NCBI GenBank assembly: GCA_038902775.1
Contig: JBCKNM010000003.1
Coordinates: 3-64,002 of the forward strand
DNA length: 64,000 nt
Source: Polaromonas sp.
GTDB taxonomy: Bacteria > Pseudomonadota > Gammaproteobacteria > Burkholderiales > Burkholderiaceae_C
Direction: 5' to 3'
Position 1 is the stretch's first letter, and each line of letters starts with the position of its first letter. A program made the position numbers and the translations under genes. Of this stretch, positions 8,954 to 18,566 are shown one piece after another. The notes beneath the pieces were generated by a model. That model made no database searches, was not told where the DNA came from, and worked only from the letters and a program-made list of their open reading frames with translations.

Positions 8954-11900
8954 ATGTTGTCCCGTATCGTTCAATTTGCGCTGGCGCAGCGGCTCTTCGT
9001 GATGCTGGCGGCCGTCTTGCTGGTCGGGGGCGGTTGGCTGGCCTTCAAAGATCTTCCCATCGACGCCTTTCCCGACGTTTCCAGTACCCAGGTCAAGGTC
9101 ATCATGAAAGCGCCCGGGATGACACCCGAAGAGATCGAAAGCCGGATAGCGGTCCCTATCGAAGTGGAAATGCTCGGCATCCCGAATCAGCGCATGCTTC
9201 GTTCGGTATCCAAGTACGGGCTGGTGGATGTCACCATTGATTTTCTGGATGGCACGGATATCTATTGGGCACGCCAGCAGGTGGCCGAGCGCCTGGCCAA
9301 AATCGCAACCGACCTGCCGCCAGGCATCAGTGGCGGCATGGCGCCCATCACCACCCCATTGGGCGAAATGTTCATGTTTACTGTGGAGGCCCCGCAGATG
9401 ACGCTGGAGGAGCGCCGCTCCCTCCTCGACTGGGTCATCCGCCCGGCCCTGCGAACGGTTCCCGGCGTGGCCGATCTCAACGCCCTGGGCGGTAAGGTTC
9501 ATAGCTTTGAAGTGGTGGCCGATCCGGGCAAACTTGCGGCCCTGAGCCTGTCAACGGCCAAGCTCAAGAGTGCCATTGAAGCCAACAACCGCAACGATGG
9601 GGCTGGCCGATTGGGCGAAGGCGACGAGGTGTTGCTGGTGCGCAGCGAAGGCCGCATTCGTACCAAGGATGACCTGCGGGCCATCGTGGTCAAAGCGGGT
9701 ATGGCGGGCAAAGGCGACAGCGTCCGTTTGGGCGACGTCGCCCTGGTGCGCGACGGCTATGTCACGCGCTACGGTGTCGTGACCCAGGACGGCAAGGCAG
9801 AAGCTGTGCAAGGGCTGGTGCTCGGTCTGGCCGGTGCCAACGCCCAAAAAGTCGTGCAGGGTGTGGAAAAGAAGATCAAAGAGCTTATGCCGACCCTGCC
9901 CAAGGGTGTTGAACTCAAGGTGTTCTACAACCGCGCCAGCCTGGTTGAGAAGGCCGTGGGCACGGTTTCCAAGGCAATGCTGGAGGCGACGGTGCTGGTG
10001 CTGATATTGCTGGGTGCCTTTCTGGGTAACGTCCGCGCGGCCGTCACGGTTGCCCTGGTGCTGCCGCTGTCAGCGCTGTTTACGTTCATTTTGATGCGGT
10101 TTGCCGGCATGTCGGCCAACTTGATGAGTCTGGGCGGGCTGGCGATTGCTTTGGGGATGCTGGTGGATGCGTCCGTGGTCGTCGTCGAAAACATCGTCCG
10201 GCAGCTGGGTCAGACCTCTGACCGAAGCCGGCTTCCGCGCCTGCACATCGTACTGCGCGCGGTGCGCGAGGTCGCCTCGCCGGTGGCGGCGGGTGTCCTC
10301 ATCATTGTGGTGGTGTTCCTGCCGCTGCTCACCTTGCAGGATCTGGAAGGCAAGTTCTTCGTCCCGGTGGCGCTCACCATCGTCTTTGCGTTGGCCGGCT
10401 CTCTGGTTTTGTCGCTGACGGTAATTCCCGTTGTCGCGTCATTCCTGATTCGCAAGGTCAGCCATGAAGAGCCGTGGCTGCCGCGCAAGCTGCTCAAGCT
10501 CTATGAGCCCACGCTTAGCTGGGCTTTCGGACACCAAAAAGTGGTTTTTGCTGTCGCGGTGGCCATGCTGGTCGTGGCAGCGGGTGTTTACTCGCTGGTG
10601 GGCAAAACCTTCATGCCGACGATGGATGAGGGCGACATCATTGTCGGCATTGAAAAGCTGCCCTCCATCAGCCTGGAAGAAACCGCCGCGCTCGACCTGA
10701 AGATTCACCAGGCCCTGATGAAAAACATCCCGGAGATCACGGGTGTCATCGCGCGCGCTGGCTCGGACGAAATCGGCCTGGACCCGATGGGGCTGAACCA
10801 GACCGACAGCTTCCTGGTCCTCAAGCCAAGAGACCAGTGGCAGTCCGCCAGCAAGGAAGAGCTGCAGGACAAGATCCGCAAGGTGCTGGATGAATTGCCG
10901 GGCATCAGCTACAGCTTCACCCAGCCGATCGAGATGCGGGTGTCCGAAATGATCATCGGCGTGCGCGGCGACCTGGCCATCAAGGTGTTCGGCCCCGACC
11001 TCGCCACGCTGAATCAGCTGGCGGCTCAAACCGAGGCGGTGCTCAAGCAGGTTCCCGGCAATCAGGACGTGTACACGGTAGAAAACGATGGCGTCCAATA
11101 CCTGAAAGTGGTCGTGGATCGGCTGGCGGCTGGACGTTATGGACTGTCGATCGAAGATGTGCAGGACGCATTGCGCGTCCAGGTCGAGGGGCAGCGCGCG
11201 GGCACGGTGATAGATGGCAACCGCCGCATTCCCATCGTGCTGCGCGGGCCCGACTCCGTCAAGATATCTCCCTCGGAATTCGCGGCCCTGCGTTTGACAG
11301 CGGCCGACGGCCAAAGCGTTCCCCTGCAATCGGTGGCCAAGCTGGAGCGCGACACTGGACCCGTCAAGATTGACCGCGAGATGGGCAGCCGGTACAGCGT
11401 TGTCATTGCCAACGTGACAGGGCGAGACTTGGTTGGATTCGTCGAAGAGGCCAAAAACAGGGTTGCCCAGGCGGTCAAGTTACCCGAAGGCTATTCGATA
11501 ACCTGGGGCGGGCAATTCGAGAACCAGCAAAGAGCCGCGCAGCGGCTTGCGCTGGTGGTGCCAATCTCGGTGGGCTTTGTTTTCCTGATCCTCTTTTCCA
11601 CTTTTGGCTCGGTGCGCCAGGCACTTCTTGTGCTCAGCAACGTGCCCTTCGCGCTGGTGGGCGGCATCGTGGCCTTGTGGATAACTGGCGAGTACCTCTC
11701 GGTACCTGCGTCGGTGGGTTTTATTGCGCTGCTCGGCATCGCTGTGCTCAACGGCGTTGTTCTCGTGAGCTATTTCAACCAGTTGCGCGCGGAAGGATTG
11801 AGCTTGATCGACTGCGTCACCCAAGGCGCCAAGCGCAGGCTACGCCCCGTCCTGATGACCGCTTCGACCACGGCGTTCGGCCTGATTCCGCTGCTTTTTG

Positions 11901-12058
11901 CGAGCGGGCCGGGGTCCGAGATCCAGCGCCCCCTGGCAATCGTAGTCATTGGCGGGCTCATCACGACAACGGCCCTGACGCTCATCCTCTTGCCGATTCT
12001 CTACCTGCGTTTTGCCTACGCGAAAACGCCAAGCACCGAAGGAGTGTCCCGTGGATAA
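8954..12058 (+). CDS. CusA/CzcA-family heavy-metal RND efflux transporter
   Basis: LPIDAFPDVS, ANLMSLGGLAIALGMLVD, RLRPVLMTA, GSEIQRPLAIVVIGGL. Confidence 0.95.
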   Translation: MLSRIVQFALAQRLFVMLAAVLLVGGGWLAFKDLPIDAFPDVSSTQVKVIMKAPGMTPEEIESRIAVPIEVEMLGIPNQRMLRSVSKYGLVDVTIDFLDGTDIYWARQQVAERLAKIATDLPPGISGGMAPITTPLGEMFMFTVEAPQMTLEERRSLLDWVIRPALRTVPGVADLNALGGKVHSFEVVADPGKLAALSLSTAKLKSAIEANNRNDGAGRLGEGDEVLLVRSEGRIRTKDDLRAIVVKAGMAGKGDSVRLGDVALVRDGYVTRYGVVTQDGKAEAVQGLVLGLAGANAQKVVQGVEKKIKELMPTLPKGVELKVFYNRASLVEKAVGTVSKAMLEATVLVLILLGAFLGNVRAAVTVALVLPLSALFTFILMRFAGMSANLMSLGGLAIALGMLVDASVVVVENIVRQLGQTSDRSRLPRLHIVLRAVREVASPVAAGVLIIVVVFLPLLTLQDLEGKFFVPVALTIVFALAGSLVLSLTVIPVVASFLIRKVSHEEPWLPRKLLKLYEPTLSWAFGHQKVVFAVAVAMLVVAAGVYSLVGKTFMPTMDEGDIIVGIEKLPSISLEETAALDLKIHQALMKNIPEITGVIARAGSDEIGLDPMGLNQTDSFLVLKPRDQWQSASKEELQDKIRKVLDELPGISYSFTQPIEMRVSEMIIGVRGDLAIKVFGPDLATLNQLAAQTEAVLKQVPGNQDVYTVENDGVQYLKVVVDRLAAGRYGLSIEDVQDALRVQVEGQRAGTVIDGNRRIPIVLRGPDSVKISPSEFAALRLTAADGQSVPLQSVAKLERDTGPVKIDREMGSRYSVVIANVTGRDLVGFVEEAKNRVAQAVKLPEGYSITWGGQFENQQRAAQRLALVVPISVGFVFLILFSTFGSVRQALLVLSNVPFALVGGIVALWITGEYLSVPASVGFIALLGIAVLNGVVLVSYFNQLRAEGLSLIDCVTQGAKRRLRPVLMTASTTAFGLIPLLFASGPGSEIQRPLAIVVIGGLITTTALTLILLPILYLRFAYAKTPSTEGVSRG

Positions 12059-12353
12059 ATACTGTCTGAATCTGCTGTGCCCGCCGGAATCGGAGGAAAG
12101 GCTGCTGGACCTGCTGCTGGAGAGCACGGGTGACAAGCTTTTCACAAGCAGCCGCGCCTATAGCCATGGCGCTGCCCACAGCCTGTTGAGCAGCCTTGAC
12201 CAGGTGTTGGGCCGGCGCCAGTCGGTTCTTGTCCAGGTGCTCCTGGAAAAAGACGAGATTGAACCCCTGCTTGCGCAGTTGGCGCAATTGTTCGCCGGAA
12301 TTGGACTGACGTACTGGGCAACTCCGCTTGCCCTGGAAGGAGAAATCAAATGA
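12051..12353 (+). CDS. Small PII-like (DUF3240-type) protein
   Basis: GTG start after a GGAG RBS; 100 aa; HG...DQVLGR...YWATP pattern; position between RND pump and TolC. Confidence 0.65.
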   Translation: MDKYCLNLLCPPESEERLLDLLLESTGDKLFTSSRAYSHGAAHSLLSSLDQVLGRRQSVLVQVLLEKDEIEPLLAQLAQLFAGIGLTYWATPLALEGEIK

Positions 12354-13612
12354 AGGTATTTGTTGCAATGGCGTGTCTAGGGTGGGCGTTGGCGCTACAC
12401 GCGGCATCTGCAGCGCCGCAGTCACCCAGCGATTTGCCAGAGGCGCATCAGGTTGCCGCACTGATTGAGCAGGACCCCTCGGTGGCGCAGGCGCGTGCCG
12501 CGCTTGAAGCGACAGTGCACACTGCGACCATGGTCAGGATGTCTCCCTATGAGTGGACAGCCAGGGTGCAAGGCCAGAGAAGGCGCTACGACAGCGCTGG
12601 TACCTCGAATGAGTGGGGCGTGCAGCTGGAGCGTCCGATCCGGATAGGAGGCAAAGCCGAGATCGACGCAGAGCTCGCGCAGACCTTGGTCCGGCAGGCG
12701 CAGGCCCGCCTGGGCGAAGCCCGCCATGAAGCGTCGCGTGCGCTGCTGGATGGCTGGCTTGACTGGCTGGCCGCAATACGCGCGCGAGGGCTTCTTGCGG
12801 AACAGCTCGTGTTCGCACAAGCCAACGACAAAGCCGTCGACACCCGACGCAAGGCAGGTGATGCCTCCATGCTTGAAGTCAACGTGGCCAAGGCCGATGT
12901 CACAGCGGTGCAGCGCCAGTTGAGCAGCGCCAAGGCGCAAGAAGACCGGGCGGCAGTCAGGCTGCGCGTGCGCTTTCCATCATTGAATCTCAGCTTTGTG
13001 CCGCTCTCCACGCCTGCTGAGCCCGAGGGAAGCGAAGCCCAGTGGCTGGCGAAGGTGATGGAAGCGAGCGAGTCCTTGCAGGTTGCGCAGCAGGAAGTCA
13101 AGCGTGCGGAGCTGGTGGCATCGCGCGCCAGCGCGGAGCGAACGGTCGACCCGACCATTGGTGTGTTTACTGCCTCGGAAGCATTTCGCAATGAACGGAT
13201 TGTGGGTGTGAGCATCAGTATTCCTCTGGGCGGTAGCTACCGGCGCGAAAAGGTCGCCGTAGCACTGCAGCAAGTTGAGGTGGCGCGGGCCGCCCTGGAT
13301 GTCGAACGCCGCGCTCTTGAGGTGCGCGTTGCGGAGACCTATGCGGAAGCGGTCTCCGGGGTGCAGCGCTGGCGTCAGTCGGAAGAAGCCGTGGCTGCGG
13401 CGCGCGAGTTGGCCCGGCTGACGCAACGCGCCTACACGCTCGGTGAAGCCGATTTGCAGACTTTGCTGCTGGTGCGTCGGCAATCCCACGACGCACTCGC
13501 CGCTACCAACCTTGTCCAGATTGAAGCGCTGCGCGCCCGCTACCGGCTTTGGCTGGACGCGGAGTTGCTTTGGCCCCCGTCCGGTCACGGTGGCTCCGAC
13601 AGGGCCCGTTAA
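12350..13612 (+). CDS. TolC/CzcC-family outer membrane efflux protein
   Basis: Signal peptide, coiled-coil repeats, GVSISIPL and AYTLGEADL motifs. Confidence 0.88.
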   Translation: MKVFVAMACLGWALALHAASAAPQSPSDLPEAHQVAALIEQDPSVAQARAALEATVHTATMVRMSPYEWTARVQGQRRRYDSAGTSNEWGVQLERPIRIGGKAEIDAELAQTLVRQAQARLGEARHEASRALLDGWLDWLAAIRARGLLAEQLVFAQANDKAVDTRRKAGDASMLEVNVAKADVTAVQRQLSSAKAQEDRAAVRLRVRFPSLNLSFVPLSTPAEPEGSEAQWLAKVMEASESLQVAQQEVKRAELVASRASAERTVDPTIGVFTASEAFRNERIVGVSISIPLGGSYRREKVAVALQQVEVARAALDVERRALEVRVAETYAEAVSGVQRWRQSEEAVAAARELARLTQRAYTLGEADLQTLLLVRRQSHDALAATNLVQIEALRARYRLWLDAELLWPPSGHGGSDRAR

Positions 13613-13637
13613 GGAGGCACGCCATGTTCCAGGTCCT

Positions 13638-13894
13638 GGCGTGGTTCAAAACCGGGTAACACTTGTCGACGCCCTGAGCGGGTTGGCAAAAGTCCGACGC
13701 AACTATTGACCGGCAAAGCCCATCCGCATTGGCTCGAACTGCTGGGCTTTACCCGGTTTCAGCGGACCTGAGGCTGCGCTGAAGATCCAAACACTGCCTC
13801 TTCAGATCAGCATTTTCAAATCAAGTTTGGCCCATTTCGGGGCAGAAATCTCTTCACCTGTGTTACCCAAAATTGGCACTTTTTGAAGCACGCC
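13638..13894 (+). mobile_element. Internally deleted IS (family H) retaining both ends and the transposase 3' tail
   Basis: Inverted ends GGCGTGGTTCAAAA / TTTTGAAGCACGCC; interior encodes RPERVGKSPTQLLTGKAHPHWLELLGFTRFQRT*; 13673-13889 is repeated at 17650-17866. Confidence 0.75.
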
Positions 13895-13920
13895 GATATT
13901 TGGTTTATTGATCGCAGAAA

Positions 13921-15402
13921 TCAGCGACCGTAAACATCCTCCAACCGCACAATATCGTCCTCCCCCAAGTACGAGCCAGACTGCACCTCAATCATCTCCA
14001 AGGGCACGCAGCCCGGGTTTTCAAGCCGGTGGGTGGTACCCAGCGGAATAAAGGTGGACTGGTTCTCCGACAGCAAGAAGCTCTCAGACCCGCGCGTCAC
14101 CCGCGCCGTACCACTCACCACAATCCAGTGCTCGGCGCGGTGGTGGTGCATCTGTAGCGACAAAATGCCCTGCGGCTTGACCACAATGCGTTTGACCTGA
14201 AAACGCGGGCCCGCATCCACGCAGTCATACCAGCCCCAGGGGCGAAACACCTTGCGGTGGATATTGCCCTCGCAGCGGCCTTGCGCCTTGAGGCTGTCAA
14301 CCACCTTCTTCACATTCTGCGTCTTGTCTTTGTGCACCACCAGAATGGCGTCGGCGGTCTCCACCACAATCAGGTCGCTCACGCCCACGCAGGCCACCAG
14401 CCGGCCTTCGGATAGCGCCAAGGTGTTGGCGCAGTCCAGCAACAGCACGTCGCCCTGCGCGACATTGCCCGCAGCGTCTTTGGGCAGCACCTGCCACAGC
14501 GCATCCCACGAACCGACATCGGACCAACCCGCGTCCAGCGGAATCACCACGCCCACCGGCAGCGGCGCGGCATCAGCGCTGGCACCAGCACTAGCCGCCA
14601 GGCGCTCCATCACGGCGTAATCGATCGAATCACTGGGGCACCGGGCAAACGCCTCTTTGCCCACGCGCACAAATTCGCCATCGGTCTTGCCCTGGTCCCA
14701 GGCGCTCTGGCAGGCCGCCAAAATGTCGGGGCGGCAGACGCCAATCGCGGCCAGCCACACCGAGGCCCGCATCATGAAAATGCCGCTGTTCCACAGATAA
14801 GTGCCGGCATCCAGGTATCGCTGCGCCGTGGCCAGGTCGGGCTTTTCCACAAACCGGGCGATCCGCTTGGCGTCCAGATGGGTCGCGCCCGACTGGATAT
14901 AGCCGTAGCCCGTCTCCGGCGCATCCGGCGTGATGCCAAACGTGACCACCACGCCTTGCTCGGCCAGGGCCGCGCCTTGGCGCACCGCGCTCTGAAAGGC
15001 GGCAGTGTCGAGCATCACATGGTCTGCGGGCATCACCAGCAGCACCGCATCGCTATCGCTTTGGGTCGCTGCCAGCGCAGCCAGCGTAAGCGCGGGGGCC
15101 GTATTGCGGCCCAAAGGCTCCAGCACGATGGTGCCGGGGCGGCCCATCAGGCGCAACTGCTCGGCGATCACAAAACGATATTCCTCGTTGCACACCACCA
15201 TCGGGTCGGCGAGCGTGATGCCCTCCAAACCCTGCACACCTTCCACCCGGCGCAGCGTGGCCTGCAACAGCGAATCCTCGCCAACCAGGGCCAGCAACTG
15301 CTTGGGGTACTTTTCGCGGGACAGGGGCCACAGCCGAGTGCCGGAGCCGCCGGACAGAACGACAGATTGAATCTTCATGCGGGTGTTTGCCGTGGAATGC
15401 AT
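13921..15402 (-). CDS. manC: Mannose-1-phosphate guanylyltransferase / mannose-6-phosphate isomerase
   Basis: LSGGSGTRLWPLSR, GRNTAPA, FVEKP, WSDVGSW, cupin HHHRAEHW; start may be 15378. Confidence 0.95.
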   Translation of the reverse strand: MHSTANTRMKIQSVVLSGGSGTRLWPLSREKYPKQLLALVGEDSLLQATLRRVEGVQGLEGITLADPMVVCNEEYRFVIAEQLRLMGRPGTIVLEPLGRNTAPALTLAALAATQSDSDAVLLVMPADHVMLDTAAFQSAVRQGAALAEQGVVVTFGITPDAPETGYGYIQSGATHLDAKRIARFVEKPDLATAQRYLDAGTYLWNSGIFMMRASVWLAAIGVCRPDILAACQSAWDQGKTDGEFVRVGKEAFARCPSDSIDYAVMERLAASAGASADAAPLPVGVVIPLDAGWSDVGSWDALWQVLPKDAAGNVAQGDVLLLDCANTLALSEGRLVACVGVSDLIVVETADAILVVHKDKTQNVKKVVDSLKAQGRCEGNIHRKVFRPWGWYDCVDAGPRFQVKRIVVKPQGILSLQMHHHRAEHWIVVSGTARVTRGSESFLLSENQSTFIPLGTTHRLENPGCVPLEMIEVQSGSYLGEDDIVRLEDVYGR

Positions 15403-15609
15403 TGGTAGGTATCAGTGGTGGTTGGAAATTCTTTCGACAAGTGTAAGGCGTGGCATGTCTGGGGCAGCTCCGTCCAGCTGCAGTTGAAATCGAGGACAGC
15501 TTAAACTGAATGAAAAATTGTCTTGACCCGGGGGTCCACTTTAGATGGCCCCTTTCTTGAGGTTTTGCTAGGCCGCCTTGCTTGGAGTTCGTAGTCATAA
15601 ACATATATA

Positions 15610-15637
15610 TTGACTAAATAGCTATTAGCCATAAAAT
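15610..15637 (+). promoter_or_regulatory. Sigma-70 promoter of the hipBA-like operon
   Basis: TTGACT-N16-TAAAAT in AT-rich DNA just before the ATG at 15648. Confidence 0.55.
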
Positions 15638-15647
15638 ATATGTATAT

Positions 15648-16055
15648 ATGACAAAGAAAACCCAAGCACTTGCATTACTGCCGCCGCAAACGATTGCGGC
15701 TCTTGAGGCGATGGGATCGCACCTGGCGGTGGCGCGTATCCGGCGCAAAGAGTCGTTGGCAACGCGCGCCAAGCGGATGGGAATTTCCATTCCTACATTG
15801 GGGCGCATGGAAGCAGGCGATCCAACTGTTTCCATGGGCATCTATGCGATAGCGCTTTGGCTGATGGGGCGTGATGGCGAGTTGGCCAAGATAGCAGCAC
15901 CTGAGACTGATCGCGGCGCACTTGAGCTCGACGTACAAAAGGCTATCCAATTGGGCAAGCAGCGCGCACGCCTCTCGGCCAACGCGAGAGCGACATCACG
16001 CGCAATAGCGGATCTGACGGCGGGCCCTGTCGGCATACCAGAATCAAATCCATAA
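15648..16055 (+). CDS. XRE-type HTH antitoxin (HipB-like)
   Basis: ARIRRKES...AKRMGISIPTLGRMEAGDPTVS HTH, directly upstream of a HipA-like gene. Confidence 0.85.
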   Translation: MTKKTQALALLPPQTIAALEAMGSHLAVARIRRKESLATRAKRMGISIPTLGRMEAGDPTVSMGIYAIALWLMGRDGELAKIAAPETDRGALELDVQKAIQLGKQRARLSANARATSRAIADLTAGPVGIPESNP

Positions 16056-16077
16056 GCCAGAGGTTTAAAAGTCAAGC

Positions 16078-17406
16078 ATGGCTACAAAAATCGCTCACCA
16101 AAAAACACCCTCCAGACTGTTTCTCTGGATGCTCACCGACCCAAGGCAGCCAAGACTGGTGGGTGAAATCTTTCACAGGACTGATGGGGACTGCGCCCTT
16201 CGTTATTCTCCAAGCTGGACTGCATCGGGCTTCGCGCTGAGTCCGGATATGCCGCTTTTTGATACGGACTTTGTCCCGATTCACCACCTTATGCGGACCA
16301 GTGGCGCACCCGGCGCTGTTGACGATGCCCGGCCGGATCGCTGGGGCCAGAAGGTCATTCGCTACCTCTACAAACCTGGTGCCTCGGTTTATGACAGCCT
16401 CTACTTTTGCGGCCACGAGCGCTTTGGCGCTCTGGGGGTTTCTACCTCCGAACAGGCATACGCGCCGTTTCACCTGAGAACCTTGCCGCGGCTTGAGGAT
16501 GCACGTACGCTGAGTGAAGCCGCAAAAATCATTGAGTCTGGGGAAGGCGAACTTCAGCAGCAGCAGGCCGACCTGATATCGGTGGCGGCTAGTCTGGGAG
16601 GGGCCAAACCCAAGGCGGCTATCTCCATCGATGGAGAAGAATGGGTTCTGAAATTCTTTAACGGTGAGCCCTACGACCTGCCTCTGGTCGAGTACGCCAC
16701 GATGGAGTTGGCGCGCAAAGCGGGAATCAATGTCGCGCAAGTCCAGCTTGTACCCATGCGCGCAGAAAATGCGCTTGCCATCAAGCGGTTTGATCGCCAA
16801 GGTGCCGCGCGTGTGCATTGCATTTCTGCATGCACCCTGCTCAGAGCCGTCACCGCGCAGGGGGCCGACCCTGAGTTTGGCTACCCTCAACTGGCGCGCA
16901 CATTGCGCCAATACGGGAAAACGCAAACGCTTGATGCCCAACTCAAAGAACTGTTTTGCAGAATGGTTTTCAACATACTCATCGCTAACAAAGACGACCA
17001 CGAGAAAAATCATTCTTTAATGTGCGAAACCCACGGAAGAACCATGCTCATGGAGCTCAGCCCCGGCTACGACATCCTGCCGACCGGCTCTGGTGCGGTA
17101 GAGCACCAGTTCATGATTTCTGACTCCAGCAAGGAGCCAAGTCTCATGGAAGCCATGACGGTCTGCGCGGAATTTGGGCTGACCCCGACGCAGGCGGCAG
17201 GCCTTGTCACACACCTCATCGGTTTTGTGAACGGCTGGCAGGAATTCTTCAAAGAAAAGGGCATCAGCGACAGAGACATCGCCGAGATGGTTGCACTGAT
17301 CGATGCTCCAGAACTGCTGGAACAGCGCAAGAGCTTTGATGCAAGCCAATTTTCTGACACAAAACCAGCCAGAAAGCGACGCTCCGGTGCCGCGGCTTTT
17401 CGATAG
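16078..17406 (+). CDS. hipA: HipA-family kinase toxin
   Basis: DARPDRWG, SLGGAKPK, RFDR, NKDDHEKNHS, LSPGYDI motifs. Confidence 0.9.
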   Translation: MATKIAHQKTPSRLFLWMLTDPRQPRLVGEIFHRTDGDCALRYSPSWTASGFALSPDMPLFDTDFVPIHHLMRTSGAPGAVDDARPDRWGQKVIRYLYKPGASVYDSLYFCGHERFGALGVSTSEQAYAPFHLRTLPRLEDARTLSEAAKIIESGEGELQQQQADLISVAASLGGAKPKAAISIDGEEWVLKFFNGEPYDLPLVEYATMELARKAGINVAQVQLVPMRAENALAIKRFDRQGAARVHCISACTLLRAVTAQGADPEFGYPQLARTLRQYGKTQTLDAQLKELFCRMVFNILIANKDDHEKNHSLMCETHGRTMLMELSPGYDILPTGSGAVEHQFMISDSSKEPSLMEAMTVCAEFGLTPTQAAGLVTHLIGFVNGWQEFFKEKGISDRDIAEMVALIDAPELLEQRKSFDASQFSDTKPARKRRSGAAAFR

Positions 17407-17486
17407 CAACCACCTTTTAGGCCACACAAGTTCGCGTTGGCGCATGTGGCCCTAGGGTTACTTGACGGCAGGCTGCATGTGCTACA

Positions 17487-17587
17487 GGGTTATTGGGGTC
17501 AGAGTCCAAATTCATCGTGCCTTTGGCACGCCCTCCGGGTGCGATGCTCTGCATCGCAATGAAATTGGCGTCTGACCCCAATAACTC
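17487..17587. repeat. Family B element
   Basis: Near-identical to 7633-7732; abuts the truncation point of the transposase remnant. Confidence 0.9.
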
Positions 17588-17866
17588 CGCCCTACCTGGG
17601 TCTGCTGTAGTTCTTTCTGAATCATCGTGCCTTTAACCGTAGTCGTTGTCCTGAGCGGGTTGGCAAAAGCCCGGCGCAACTACTGACCGGCAAAGCCCAT
17701 CCGCATTGGCTCGAACTGCTGGGCTTTACCCGGTTTCAGCGGACCTGAGGCTGCGCTGAAGATCCAAACACTGCCTCTTCAGCCCCAATTTCAAAGTCAC
17801 ATTTGACCCACTTTATGGGCCGGGATTCCTGCGCCCGTGTTACCCAAAATTGGCACTTTTTGAAGC
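17587..17866 (+). mobile_element. Family H IS right-end remnant with pseudogenised transposase C-terminus
   Basis: 17587-17748 reads PPYLGLL*FFLNHRAFNRSRCPERVGKSPAQLLTGKAHPHWLELLGFTRFQRT*, followed by the same right end as 13894. Confidence 0.7.
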
Positions 17867-17891
17867 CATGCACCAATGTAAGCAATTTACA
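17865..17891 (+). repeat. 27-bp direct repeat, right copy
   Basis: Identical to 7524-7550. Confidence 0.9.
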
Positions 17892-17978
17892 GGCCTGCGG
17901 GGCCGTAAATGACCACCAAAGCCCAAATTTGGTGCATCGCAGCAATCCGACTGTTCATCTGACTCCTGTGAGCCAGCG

Positions 17979-18473
17979 CTAGCCCACCAGCATCTGCGCC
18001 CAACCCACCTCGGCCCGGCCCAGCAGCAGGCGGATCTCCTGGCTGGTCAGCGGAATATCGCCCAGATATTTCAGCGTCTTCTCAAAGCCGTCGCGGGCCT
18101 CTTTCAAGCCAGCCTCATTGCGCTGCGAGGTGTCTTTGTCACTGATCGCCCGAAACAATGCATATTTGGCAAAGCGCTGACTGAGCATACGCTGGCGGCC
18201 CGCCGTGTTCAGCACCTGTAGCGGCGGCATGGCAGCGGCATTTTCAAGGCTGCTGGTCAGGCGTTCGGAGTCCTGCAGTAGTTGCTCGGCCAAAGCGTCT
18301 ATGCGGGCAATATCACGCGCATCGGACTTCTCCAGCAAAGCCGGTTTGAGGCGGCCCCAGGTCAGGTTGACCTGCCCCAGCAAGTCGCCAAATGTCGCAT
18401 TGGAAAGACTTTTTTTCAACGCTGCCATATTCGTATCGACGCGCTGCATCGACTCTGCTAGGCGCTCAGGCAC
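17979..18473 (-). pseudogene. Fragment of a PilJ/NarX-type nitrate-sensing domain regulator
   Basis: LNTAGRQRMLSQRFAK is the NarX/PilJ P-box-like motif; no convincing start and a premature end. Confidence 0.7.
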
Positions 18474-18490
18474 CTGCCAGGCCAGTCGAG

Positions 18491-18505
18491 TGGCACAACT
18501 CTTGC
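18491..18505 (+). promoter_or_regulatory. Sigma-54 promoter of the nirBD-nasA operon
   Basis: TGGCAC-AACTC-TTGC, exact consensus. Confidence 0.85.
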
Positions 18506-18566
18506 CTAACTCAGATCAGGGCTTCAACTTTCAAATTAACTTTCAAATTAACGGGGAAGGGCAGCA

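Noticed and set aside
13874-13889. TGGCAC...GAAGC as a sigma-54 promoter (also at 17851)
   Set aside because: The GC is one base off the -12 position, and the sequence is part of the family H IS end
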